Shown: piece after piece, positions 45,520-53,868 of the stretch
Layout of the letters: every line of letters starts with the position of its first letter
How positions within the stretch are numbered: position 1 is the first letter of the stretch
Source of the DNA: a virus
Lineage: Duplodnaviria; Heunggongvirae; Uroviricota; Caudoviricetes
DNA: 64,000 nucleotides
IMG/VR virus record: IMGVR_UViG_3300009500_000011
Span: 104,585 to 168,584 of that record
Direction: 5' to 3' (one strand)
The notes under the pieces: model-generated
The model's input: only the letters and a program-made list of their open reading frames with translations
Told to the model about the DNA's origin: nothing
Databases searched by the model: none
Made by a program: the position numbers and the translations under genes

Positions 45520-47205
45520 ATGAAATACAATACTAAAACAGTAAATGCTGGTCCAGGAACAAAAATGATAAATCTTGCAGGCGGAGAAGCTTTTAAAGTT
45601 GATAATCGTACTGCATTATATTTAACTTCTGCAACTTCTTTAGGTGGCGGTCAAGGAAATAAATATTATGTTTCTGCAAATCAAGAATACAAAAATATTC
45701 TTGAACTAATTGAAAAGGTTTCCGCTCAAGACCCAGAATTTATTTTCCAATTGGCTGCATATTGTCGTCAAGATTTATACCTTCGTAGTATTCCAACGGT
45801 ATTATTTATCGAAGGTATTCGTGCAATGCATAAGCAAAAAAAGGCCAATGCACCATATCCAGTAGATGCATCTAAGTATGCAAATGCTATTTTTGGTCGT
45901 GCTGATGAAATTGTTGAAGCAGTTGCATATTGGCTTGGAGTTGAAGGCCATCACAAATTGCCTTCCCCTCTTCGTAAATCTTTGACCATTGCTTTAAATT
46001 CATTTGATGAATACCGCTTGCTTAAATATAATCAAGAAGATAAGCAAGTTACATTTAAAGATATTGTTCGTCTTGTGCATCCAGAACCAAAAACTGATGT
46101 GCAAAGTGCAATTTTCAAATACTTCATCAAGGATGAAATCAGTCCAGAATTAATGCCAAAGGCAACTGCCCGCAAGGCTTTGCTTTCACGTACTCAATTT
46201 GATGAAGAAGCACAACGCTTGATGAGAGATTCATCTGCTACTTGGGAAACTGTAATTGCTAAATTCGGTTCGACTAAAGAAATTTGGGAAGCAGTTATTC
46301 CAAATATGGGATACATGGCTTTATTACGTAATCTTAATAATTTTCTTAAAAAAGAAGTAGATTTAGATTTAGTAATTCCTCGCCTTGTGAATCCGCAAGA
46401 AATTCGTAAAAGCAAGCAATTGCCTTTCCGTTTTTACACAGCAATGAAACAACTTGGTGTAGAAGATAACAATAAGAATTCTACGATGACATATTATGGA
46501 TATTCCGATTCAGTAAAAACAGCATTTGAAAAATGGCGTAATGTAAATTCTAGCGATGGAATTTCTCGTTTACGTAATGCTCTTGGTGTTGCTATGAATA
46601 TTGCAGTAGAAAATGTTCCTCACCTTTCAGGTCGTACCGTTGTTGCGGCAGACCTTTCTGGTTCTATGAGTCAACCTCTTAATAACAAATCAAATGTAAC
46701 TTATCGTGAAATCGCTTGTATTATGGCTGGTATTGCTGGTTCAATAGCACCAGATAATGTAATTTGTGGATTTGGTTGTTCATTTGCTGTTGCTAAAAAA
46801 GGCAAAGATATTCTTGAAACTGCAAATAATATTGATAAATTAAATGTTGGAATGTCAACGGATGCATGGCGTATTCTTGATTACTTGCTTACAAACAAAA
46901 TTTTTGTAGATAGAGTCATGTATTTTACAGATACACAATGTTATAATTCATATGGGGGCGCAAATTTAAACGAACTTTGGAAAAAATACAAAGTTCTTTG
47001 CCAATCAACTGGTAAAAAAGTTCCTGTTCTTTATGAAGTAAATCTTGCAGGTGGTAATACATCTAGTTTTAATTCTGAACAAAGAGTTGCTACCATTGGT
47101 GGATGGTCTGAAAGAATTTTTGATTTAATTACTACTTATGAAACTGACCCTCGTCAAGCAATAAGTAAAATTAAAGAAAAATATTCAGATTTAGTATCTG
47201 TTTAA
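45520..47205 (+). CDS. Ro60/TROVE-domain protein with C-terminal vWA/MIDAS
   Basis: Size, helical N-terminal repeats and C-terminal VVAADLSGSMS MIDAS motif as in Ro60/Rsr orthologues. Start set at ATG 45520 (AAAGGAAAAAAGA upstream). Confidence 0.5.
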   Translation: MKYNTKTVNAGPGTKMINLAGGEAFKVDNRTALYLTSATSLGGGQGNKYYVSANQEYKNILELIEKVSAQDPEFIFQLAAYCRQDLYLRSIPTVLFIEGIRAMHKQKKANAPYPVDASKYANAIFGRADEIVEAVAYWLGVEGHHKLPSPLRKSLTIALNSFDEYRLLKYNQEDKQVTFKDIVRLVHPEPKTDVQSAIFKYFIKDEISPELMPKATARKALLSRTQFDEEAQRLMRDSSATWETVIAKFGSTKEIWEAVIPNMGYMALLRNLNNFLKKEVDLDLVIPRLVNPQEIRKSKQLPFRFYTAMKQLGVEDNNKNSTMTYYGYSDSVKTAFEKWRNVNSSDGISRLRNALGVAMNIAVENVPHLSGRTVVAADLSGSMSQPLNNKSNVTYREIACIMAGIAGSIAPDNVICGFGCSFAVAKKGKDILETANNIDKLNVGMSTDAWRILDYLLTNKIFVDRVMYFTDTQCYNSYGGANLNELWKKYKVLCQSTGKKVPVLYEVNLAGGNTSSFNSEQRVATIGGWSERIFDLITTYETDPRQAISKIKEKYSDLVSV

Positions 47206-47282
47206 TAATGAAGGGGTAGGGGAAATCTTACCCCTTCGTTATATAATTAGACTATATAAACTTTAATAAAAGGAATGATTTT

Positions 47283-47858
47283 ATGATTTCTTGTTGCGAT
47301 GAATGTGTAAATTATGTTGAGTGTGATAAATGTGAAGGATGTTATGAGTGTGATTCTTGTATTTGTTCGCAATCAAACTCTGGAGAAGAAGACTTTGTGG
47401 CAGAACTTCCTGATGCACCATTTGAAACTTATTATGCTCAAGATGGTTTAATTTCTTTTGGCGCATATTTAGACATTATCTTAATGTATAAAAAATTATT
47501 TTCACCTAATTTAGAAAATTCATTAAGTGTAAATGAAATGTCTATTAATTCTATGCGTGAATTTATTTGGGAAAAACTAAAAGAGCTTTCAACAGAAAAT
47601 GATGAATTTAAAGAATCTGTCGTAAATACTCAACAAAATGTTGATAAAATGCGATTAGAGTTTGAAGCAAATAAAAATAAAATGCAAAGCTTAGAGCAAG
47701 AAAACGTTAATCTTGGTAAAAATATGATTGACAAAGATGCTGAACTTGAAAGATTAAGACGAGAAATAGATACTTTAAAGAGTGAACTTAGAGTTGCCCG
47801 TGGAGTCAATTATTTTCAATCACATAATATTAAAACGGAAGACATGAAGCATGAATGA
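47283..47858 (+). CDS. Cys-rich N-terminus + coiled-coil protein
   Basis: CCDECVNYVECDKCEGCYECDSCIC, then a heptad-rich segment. Confidence 0.35.
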   Translation: MISCCDECVNYVECDKCEGCYECDSCICSQSNSGEEDFVAELPDAPFETYYAQDGLISFGAYLDIILMYKKLFSPNLENSLSVNEMSINSMREFIWEKLKELSTENDEFKESVVNTQQNVDKMRLEFEANKNKMQSLEQENVNLGKNMIDKDAELERLRREIDTLKSELRVARGVNYFQSHNIKTEDMKHE

Positions 47859-48468
47859 AAATAAAAAATACACAGGCATAATTTTTGTTGGTCCTCTTGG
47901 TTCAGGGAAAGATTTTATTTTATCTCGTATTCGTAAAGCTTTTGATGAAAGTTTGACAGAATATCATGTCTGGAATGTTGGAGATTATTATTATAAGCAT
48001 TTAGGCAAACAAATTAATAAATCCGTTAAATATATTGTTGATAATAAAGCTCGTTTTAGAAGTCAACTGCAAGCAATAGGAACAACTCCATCTATTGTTG
48101 AACAAGGTGTTGCGTATTCACTCGGGAAATATCAAGACCTTAGTGCTTGGGGTGTCTTACCTGTTTTAACAGGTAGATTAAAAAATGAAGTTATTGCTTT
48201 AAAAGAATTAGGTATTGCAGTTATTTTTGTTAAAACTTCTGTTGAAACAAGAGCAAGACGTATATATCAAAGAGACGGAAAATTTCCTTCTGAATCCCAA
48301 TTAAATCATCCAGTAGAACCTAAATTTGAAGATTTTGAAGAATTGGCAGATGCAGTAATCATAAATGAAGATGAATCTGGAGATTTTTATGTAAAATTTA
48401 ATCCCGATGTTAATGCATTAACATATCTTAATAAATCATGTCAAGGCAAACTTATTTTTGACATTTAA
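47851..48468 (+). CDS. P-loop kinase (polynucleotide/dNMP kinase-like)
   Basis: Walker A IIFVGPLGSGKDF. Confidence 0.45.
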   Translation: MNENKKYTGIIFVGPLGSGKDFILSRIRKAFDESLTEYHVWNVGDYYYKHLGKQINKSVKYIVDNKARFRSQLQAIGTTPSIVEQGVAYSLGKYQDLSAWGVLPVLTGRLKNEVIALKELGIAVIFVKTSVETRARRIYQRDGKFPSESQLNHPVEPKFEDFEELADAVIINEDESGDFYVKFNPDVNALTYLNKSCQGKLIFDI

Positions 48469-48495
48469 TGTGTTTTATGATATAGAGAAATAGTT

Positions 48496-49146
48496 ATGGA
48501 AACTCAAAAAACCTTCTTTACTAGTGATAATCACTTCAATCATGAGAATATAATTAAATTTTGTTTTCGTGGTTATGGTTCTTATGAAGAAAGAAAAAAT
48601 AACCCAGAACTTCATTTCAAATCAATAGGTGAAATGAATGAAATTATGGTTCAACGTTGGAATGAAGTGGTTGGACCAACCGATACTGTATATGTACTCG
48701 GTGATTTTGCTATGGGTGATAAATATAAGTCTGTTGAATATTTTAATAGGCTAAATGGAACAAAACATCTAGTTCTTGGAAATCATGATTGTAGTAACTT
48801 TGTCAAAAAAGAAGTTCACCCTGCAATCCTTGAAATGGGTTTTGCTTCAATTACTGAAGAACTATACGCAAAAATAGATGGTCGAAATGTATGGATGGCT
48901 CACATTCCATATGGTCATAATAATGATAAACGTAACTATCTTCGTGAAAAAGTTAAGCCAGGTTTTTCTCTTAAAAAAGATGTTATTCTAAGTGGCCATG
49001 TACATGATAAATGGATTATAAATAATCATAATTCCATTAATGTGGGAACAGATGTTTGGGATTTTTACCCTCAAACCTTGTCTCAACTTCTGGAAAAAAC
49101 AAAAGACCTTCCTCGTTTTGATTCTTCAATATTTCTTCCTGTTTAA
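48496..49146 (+). CDS. calcineurin-like metallophosphoesterase
   Basis: TSDNHFNH, LGDFAMGD, GNHD, GHVHD motifs. Confidence 0.6.
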   Translation: METQKTFFTSDNHFNHENIIKFCFRGYGSYEERKNNPELHFKSIGEMNEIMVQRWNEVVGPTDTVYVLGDFAMGDKYKSVEYFNRLNGTKHLVLGNHDCSNFVKKEVHPAILEMGFASITEELYAKIDGRNVWMAHIPYGHNNDKRNYLREKVKPGFSLKKDVILSGHVHDKWIINNHNSINVGTDVWDFYPQTLSQLLEKTKDLPRFDSSIFLPV

Positions 49147-49147
49147 G

Positions 49148-49402
49148 ATGTGGCGACCTTTTTTCTTTTTTTCAAAGGAACCTATTGCCATTGCTAATGG
49201 TAAATTAGATGTAAACGATTATATTTGTGAAAATATGACTGATTTAAAATATGGATTTCCTACACTTTCAGATTTTAAAATAGGTCGCATGTTAGGCATG
49301 AAATATTGTAATTTATTATGGACGAGTGAAACAAGTTTTACTCCTCTTGTAATTGATTATATTAATATACATAAATTCTTTAATTTTGGTAGTGTTCCAT
49401 GA
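49148..49402 (+). CDS. hypothetical protein
   Basis: Internal ATG of track ORF 49040..49402; the earlier part overlaps the phosphoesterase. Confidence 0.25.
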   Translation: MWRPFFFFSKEPIAIANGKLDVNDYICENMTDLKYGFPTLSDFKIGRMLGMKYCNLLWTSETSFTPLVIDYINIHKFFNFGSVP

Positions 49403-49680
49403 ATCTCTATTTAGCTATTTATTTAATAATTGGGTTAATATGTGTATTAATTGGTTATTTTTTTGCTGAGTATGGCGAAGGATTGGCGATAACAGCAAAA
49501 GAATTTGAAAATCAATATACAAAATATGAATATGAAAATATAAATGAATTAATCGAATATTTTCACTATCTAAAAAATAGACCATTTTTTTCAAGAGTTT
49601 TTGGAGCATTATTGTTTGTATTTATTTGGCCAATATTCTTTTTATTAGTTATATTTCAATTAATTGCTATGCAAAAATAA
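49399..49680 (+). CDS. small membrane protein (2 TM)
   Basis: Hydrophobic N- and C-terminal segments. Confidence 0.35.
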   Translation: MNLYLAIYLIIGLICVLIGYFFAEYGEGLAITAKEFENQYTKYEYENINELIEYFHYLKNRPFFSRVFGALLFVFIWPIFFLLVIFQLIAMQK

Positions 49681-49723
49681 AAATTGTATATCTTATTAAA
49701 GACTTTAAGTTTTTTTAAGAAAT

Positions 49724-50029
49724 GTGGTGGTTGCTATGGCAAGAGATACAGTTTACATCACAATTGATATACAATTAGATTCATATGAAATAGCAAACCT
49801 ACTTTTGGCTTTAGACTATGTTCCAAAAACTGGCGAATGGTATGATAAAATTGTAAATAAAATAGCAGATGCTATGGCTCTAAAAGGTGTGAAAATAGAA
49901 GAATTTTATTATAAGCCTAATTCAGGTTTAAATTTAAAATCTGTTCATAGACACCTCGAACTTATGGAACACAAAGAAAAATATCCACATTTAAAAACAA
50001 AAAAAGTTGACAAAACTACTGAAAAGTGA
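49724..50029 (+). CDS. hypothetical protein
   Basis: Track ORF; a promoter for tRNA-His overlaps its 3' end. Confidence 0.35.
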   Translation: MVVAMARDTVYITIDIQLDSYEIANLLLALDYVPKTGEWYDKIVNKIADAMALKGVKIEEFYYKPNSGLNLKSVHRHLELMEHKEKYPHLKTKKVDKTTEK

Positions 50030-50035
50030 TAAAAT
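50007..50035 (+). promoter_or_regulatory. promoter TTGACA-N17-TAAAAT for tRNA-His
   Basis: Ends 12 nt before the tRNA 5' end; overlaps the upstream stop codon. Confidence 0.45.
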
Positions 50036-50046
50036 GTAAGAATCTT

Positions 50047-50124
50047 GGTGTTTGTAGTGTAGTGGTTTTAGCACGTTAGCCTGTGAAGCTGAAAGGGCCG
50101 TTTCGAATACGGTCAAACACCCCA
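50047..50124 (+). tRNA. tRNA-His (anticodon GTG) with genomically encoded G-1
   Basis: G-1 + acceptor GTGTTTG/CAAACAC, stem TTAGC/GCTGA, loop CTGTGAA, T-arm GCCGT-TTCGAAT-ACGGT, C73-CCA. Confidence 0.7.
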
Positions 50125-50155
50125 ATTAAATCTTTCTTGAAGAAGAGAAAAATAA

Positions 50156-50284
50156 ATGCACATTATAAAAACTTACTCACCTTATCATGTTGCTTGTACA
50201 TGTAATCATCCTAAATATAAACATATTGAAGGAGCAAAATGTGTAAAAGCAGAATGTAATTGTGAGTCATTTAACCGTAAGTAA
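50156..50284 (+). CDS. Cys-rich 42-aa protein
   Basis: MHIIKTYSPYHVACTCNHPKYKHIEGAKCVKAECNCESFNRK between tRNA-His and tRNA-Gly. Confidence 0.25.
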   Translation: MHIIKTYSPYHVACTCNHPKYKHIEGAKCVKAECNCESFNRK

Positions 50285-50291
50285 AATTTTT

Positions 50292-50369
50292 GCGAGTATG
50301 GTGTTTAACGGTTCAGCATGGGTGCCTTCCAAGCATTTGGTGCCGGTTCAAATCCGGCTACTCGCTCCA
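50292..50369 (+). tRNA. tRNA-Gly (anticodon TCC)
   Basis: Acceptor GCGAGTA/TACTCGC, stem GGTGC/GCATT, loop CTTCCAA, T-arm GCCGG-TTCAAAT-CCGGC, U73-CCA. Confidence 0.7.
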
Positions 50370-50387
50370 ATTATTTAAGGAATTATA

Positions 50388-50858
50388 GTGGCAAAACATA
50401 GATTAAGTTTTTTTCAACGTTTATCTGGTTTAACAACTGAACTTGATGGATATAAACTTGATGACAATGCCTACTTTATTTATAGTTATCGACCTCATAA
50501 ATTAAATGACGTTTATAGATATGAAATCACATTAGCCCAGGGCAAAATTGTTCAAATATCTACATTTGATTTTGATGATGACTTTCATCCTTACACTATT
50601 AAAACTGAAAAAATTTATCACCATATTCTGGATATTTTCAGAACAAGACAAAAAGTTACACCACTAGTTGATATTGATAGAAACATTGGTGTTAACCGAA
50701 ATAATATTTTTGTTAGTTATGATGCTGCACTTGAAAAATATGAAAAAATTGTTACTGAAACATTTTACTTTTTTAAAGATATGGAAGCAGCATCTTCATT
50801 TAAGAACCAAGCAGACGAATTGAATGCTCATCATGAATATCTTTTGAAGTTTTTGTAA
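50388..50858 (+). CDS. hypothetical protein
   Basis: Track ORF. Confidence 0.4.
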   Translation: MAKHRLSFFQRLSGLTTELDGYKLDDNAYFIYSYRPHKLNDVYRYEITLAQGKIVQISTFDFDDDFHPYTIKTEKIYHHILDIFRTRQKVTPLVDIDRNIGVNRNNIFVSYDAALEKYEKIVTETFYFFKDMEAASSFKNQADELNAHHEYLLKFL

Positions 50859-51162
50859 GAGTTGTTTGCATAAAATCAAGACAATCTTTACACATTAAAA
50901 TTAATTTTGGATTTTGAAAATTTTCTTCATCAATAATTTCAACAAAATTATTTTTTTCTGTCTTGCAAAGCAAACATAAATGTGGTATTCCATCATTAAC
51001 TGCCAAAAAATATAAAGAATTGGAAAATTTTTCAACAATAATAAATGGCCTCATTTGATGAACAATTTCTCCAATATTTAAAAGATATTTTTCCATTAAA
51101 TCGAATTCTTCATCGGTACTAAACCCAGCAGATGTTCCATCGGGCTTGAATTTGAATAGCAT
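50800..51162 (-). CDS. hypothetical protein (minus strand), Cys-pair containing
   Basis: 120-aa ORF with ordinary composition; convergent with and overlapping 50388..50858 by ~58 nt. Confidence 0.3.
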   Translation of the reverse strand: MLFKFKPDGTSAGFSTDEEFDLMEKYLLNIGEIVHQMRPFIIVEKFSNSLYFLAVNDGIPHLCLLCKTEKNNFVEIIDEENFQNPKLILMCKDCLDFMQTTLTKTSKDIHDEHSIRLLGS

Positions 51163-51174
51163 ATATTGTATAAT
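51146..51174 (+). promoter_or_regulatory. promoter TTGAAT-N17-TATAAT for the atypical tRNA-like gene 51187..51263
   Basis: 17-nt spacer, perfect -10. Confidence 0.4.
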
Positions 51175-51186
51175 CTCCTTATATAT

Positions 51187-51263
51187 GGCCGTATACCAGC
51201 CTAATTTCCTAAATTAGTAACTGTAGATGGACAAGGTAGGTTCGAATCCTATTGCGGCCTCCA
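51187..51263 (+). tRNA. tRNA-like gene with aberrant core (hairpin CTAAT-TTCCTAA-ATTAG = CCT anticodon-like; no canonical D-arm)
   Basis: Perfect acceptor GGCCGTA/TGCGGCC and T-arm GTAGG-TTCGAAT-CCTAT, U73-CCA, 77 nt; the interior does not fold as a cloverleaf by eye. A consensus promoter sits just upstream. Confidence 0.35.
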
Positions 51264-51286
51264 TATAATTATAAGAAGATAATAAT

Positions 51287-51637
51287 ATGCTTGAAGATTT
51301 TAGTATTCGTGTATATCCAAATCAAAGCCTTACTCATGAAGAAGTGGTATTTTTTCTAAAAAATCGAATATTATGTTCTGATAGGATAACAAAAAAATTT
51401 ATTGCTTTAAAGAAAAAAACTATTCTAAATGGACTTTTTAGAAATTGTATAACTAGAGGTTCAAAGTGGAAACAAGCTTTTCAAACTAAAGAAGAAGCTA
51501 ATACTTTTGTTGAAAAACGATTTGGTAAAGATAAAGCATATAGTTATAAATGTGAACTTCATGGTTATCACATATCTTGCATAGATGAAAGTACGTATCG
51601 AAGAGGATATTTGAAAAGAGAAGAAGAGACGAGATAA
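51287..51637 (+). CDS. hypothetical protein
   Basis: Track ORF. Confidence 0.35.
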   Translation: MLEDFSIRVYPNQSLTHEEVVFFLKNRILCSDRITKKFIALKKKTILNGLFRNCITRGSKWKQAFQTKEEANTFVEKRFGKDKAYSYKCELHGYHISCIDESTYRRGYLKREEETR

Positions 51638-51670
51638 ATTTATTGGACCTTTCTCAAAGGAAATAATAAA

Positions 51671-52426
51671 ATGCGCGCTCTTGGTTTAAAATCTTTAGTA
51701 GACCCACGTAGGGACCAATATCCAAAATTAATTTTAAAAGATGGTCCAATTCCTTCAAAAGTTGAATATGCTCCTTTATATCCTCCGGTTGATGACCAAG
51801 GAAATTTTGGTACATGTGTTGCATTTGGAACCGGCAAAGTCTTTGAATACTTTTATAATAAGCAGAACAACAAACAACTTTTAATTTCAAAACGTGCCCT
51901 TTTTTCAGAAATTAAACAAAATTTTTACCCTCATGATACTCAAGATGATGGTGCCCAAGTTTCTGATGGATTACAAATATTATCTTTAAATTACATCTTA
52001 GAATCTGATTTTCCTTATGAACCGGCTGGAGATTTTAGTCAGTTTTTACATGGGGTTCCAGCAAATCTTGAAAAAACAGATTTTAAAATAAAACATTTTG
52101 TATCGGTAAATCCCGTCATTGATGATATGAAAAATGCATTATTTCATCAAGGCCCTTTAGCTATCGGAACATCCTTTGCAAACGAATGGATGGAGATTGG
52201 TAGTGATGGTCGTTTACCTGGTTCTAATCTTACATCTGCTGGTGGACATTGCATGTCTATTACCGGATATGATGATGACTTTGTAAATCTAGATGGTTCA
52301 AAAGGTGCTTTCCATTATATTAACAATTGGTCAACTGCTTGGGGCCAAGAAGGATATGCTTGGTTGCCATATAACGTTGATACAGACTTTTTTCCAACCG
52401 ACCTTTTTACAGTTCAAGTTCAATAA
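51671..52426 (+). CDS. papain-like (C1A) cysteine peptidase
   Basis: Catalytic Cys motif QGNFGTCVAFG, His motif GGHCMSITGYDDD, Asn/Trp motif NNWSTAWGQEGYAWLPY. Confidence 0.6.
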   Translation: MRALGLKSLVDPRRDQYPKLILKDGPIPSKVEYAPLYPPVDDQGNFGTCVAFGTGKVFEYFYNKQNNKQLLISKRALFSEIKQNFYPHDTQDDGAQVSDGLQILSLNYILESDFPYEPAGDFSQFLHGVPANLEKTDFKIKHFVSVNPVIDDMKNALFHQGPLAIGTSFANEWMEIGSDGRLPGSNLTSAGGHCMSITGYDDDFVNLDGSKGAFHYINNWSTAWGQEGYAWLPYNVDTDFFPTDLFTVQVQ

Positions 52427-52437
52427 TAATCAAACTG

Positions 52438-52466
52438 TTGACAAAACAGAGGAAATTGATTATACT
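52438..52466 (+). promoter_or_regulatory. consensus promoter TTGACA-N17-TATACT (large ncRNA candidate)
   Basis: Exact match to the 16303 and 16510 promoter type. Confidence 0.55.
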
Positions 52467-52472
52467 ATAGAT

Positions 52473-53097
52473 ATGGTCGTAAGAGACTAGTCGCGGTCTG
52501 AAAAAAAGCCGCCTTGCGTTGACCCTCTTATCACGCCCGTAAACTCGGGACTTAGTAAGTCCTTCCAGAACAAGTCTAATAAACACTCTGGAAGGCAAAC
52601 TTGGGATATAGCAGTTTTGACTGGAAAACCAAGGGCTATAAGACAAGCAGTAGAGCATTAGGCTACTATAAAAAATGCAAACAAACAATCGCAGACTTTT
52701 CTGTAACTGGGTTCAACGACTTCATCGCTCGCGAAGCGGTCGCTGCCTAAAACCTCTCTAGGCTCGTAGAGTAATACGGGCTAAGGGAAACATAGTTTCC
52801 CTACCTTATCCGTGGGGCCACACGGAAGGTTCGATTCACGTTTCAGAGGTTACTACTCTGTAGCACCATAAACGAGAATATTACCCTTATGAATAAGGGC
52901 GACCGGAGGGCTAGGTCGTAAATGGCGCTCATTGTAGGCTGAAATTTCCTACAAAACCAAGTCCTGGTTGAGGGAATAAATATCAGGAAGCTTGTATAAT
53001 CAAATAGTTCGAAGATTCTAGGACTCGGGGGGCGGCTCCCCGAATATTCCACCAAATAATAATAAACCTTCAATGTAAAAGTTGAAGGTTTATTTAT
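52473..53097 (+). ncRNA. candidate large structured noncoding RNA (~620 nt)
   Basis: Consensus promoter TTGACA(52438)-N17-TATACT(52461-66); terminator AAACCTTCAA-N8-TTGAAGGTTT+ATTTATT (53064-53097); locally elevated GC; many local helices; no credible ORF on either strand. Confidence 0.45.
53064..53097 (+). terminator. intrinsic terminator closing the large ncRNA candidate
   Basis: AAACCTTCAA-TGTAAAAG-TTGAAGGTTT + ATTTATT. Confidence 0.55.
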
Positions 53098-53125
53098 TGA
53101 CATTCTTAGGTAATTCTGATATAAT
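53097..53125 (+). promoter_or_regulatory. consensus promoter TTGACA-N17-TATAAT
   Basis: Perfect consensus 7 nt before ATG 53132. Confidence 0.55.
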
Positions 53126-53131
53126 ATTGAT

Positions 53132-53335
53132 ATGTACCCAATGAATATTCAAGTAATTTATAAAGATATTCCTGGTTTTAAAGGAATGGGTCGCGTTGTC
53201 GGTGTTGCATCTTATGCTTTTCCTGGAATGGGCTGCATGTATATTGTTGAAGACTTAGATGGTAATATTCCGACCAAAGAATATCCTTATAAAACTTTTA
53301 TTGTTCAAGAATCTTTATTACATTTTTGTACTTAA
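53132..53335 (+). CDS. hypothetical protein
   Basis: Track ORF just downstream of a consensus promoter. Confidence 0.35.
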   Translation: MYPMNIQVIYKDIPGFKGMGRVVGVASYAFPGMGCMYIVEDLDGNIPTKEYPYKTFIVQESLLHFCT

Positions 53336-53538
53336 TAAAAATGACAGTTAAAGAATTAATTTTGGGATTATCTAAATTTGACGAAAATTTTACTATTGTT
53401 ACCAGGACTGGAAAATATTATTTAGCAGATAAAGTAACAACCGTTGAAGATGGATGGTTTGATGAAGAAAATATGATTTTTTATATTGAATCTTCATTTA
53501 AAGACATAAATATTAAAAACGCTGTATTAATAGAGTGA
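53326..53538 (+). CDS. hypothetical protein
   Basis: Track ORF. Confidence 0.3.
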   Translation: MYLIKMTVKELILGLSKFDENFTIVTRTGKYYLADKVTTVEDGWFDEENMIFYIESSFKDINIKNAVLIE

Positions 53539-53624
53539 TGGGTGAATTGGTCAAACCACCTTCCTGCTAAGAAGGCGCGACCCCTCAAAAGGTCTTCCGG
53601 GTTCGAGTCCCGGTCACTCTGCCA
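53532..53624 (+). tRNA. tRNA-Ser (anticodon GCT), type II
   Basis: Acceptor AGAGTGA/TCACTCT, stem CCTTC/GAAGG, loop CTGCTAA, 21-nt variable arm with GACC/GGTC stem, T-arm CCGGG-TTCGAGT-CCCGG, G73-CCA. Confidence 0.7.
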
Positions 53625-53646
53625 ATTTAAATCTAAGAAAATTATA

Positions 53647-53868
53647 ATGCGAAATATAAATGATTCTGTTGCAATTATAGCTTATTCTCAAGATGATTAT
53701 ATTATTGTTACATCTGGAAGAATAGTAGGTATAAAAATCCATGTTACTAAACCTGATTTATATAATGTTCTTAGTATAGATGGCAACATTTATAGTGTAT
53801 CAGATGATAAAATTTTTGATTCTTTTGAATCTGCTTTAGAAATAGCCAAATCAAAACCAAATTTATAA
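53647..53868 (+). CDS. hypothetical protein
   Basis: Start moved to ATG 53647 because the track ORF's 5' part is the tRNA-Ser gene. Confidence 0.35.
   Translation: MRNINDSVAIIAYSQDDYIIVTSGRIVGIKIHVTKPDLYNVLSIDGNIYSVSDDKIFDSFESALEIAKSKPNL

Noticed and set aside
49040-49147. 5' extension of track ORF 49040..49402
   Set aside because: Overlaps the 3' end of the metallophosphoesterase gene by >100 nt; an internal Met at 49148 is a more plausible start.
53017-53053. tmRNA-like 3' terminus (CGGGG-N7-CCCCG stem followed by ATATTCC-A-CCA)
   Set aside because: No complementary 5' acceptor strand or GGGG 5' end found in the upstream 600 nt, the loop is not T-loop-like, and a terminator follows; treated as part of the large ncRNA candidate instead.
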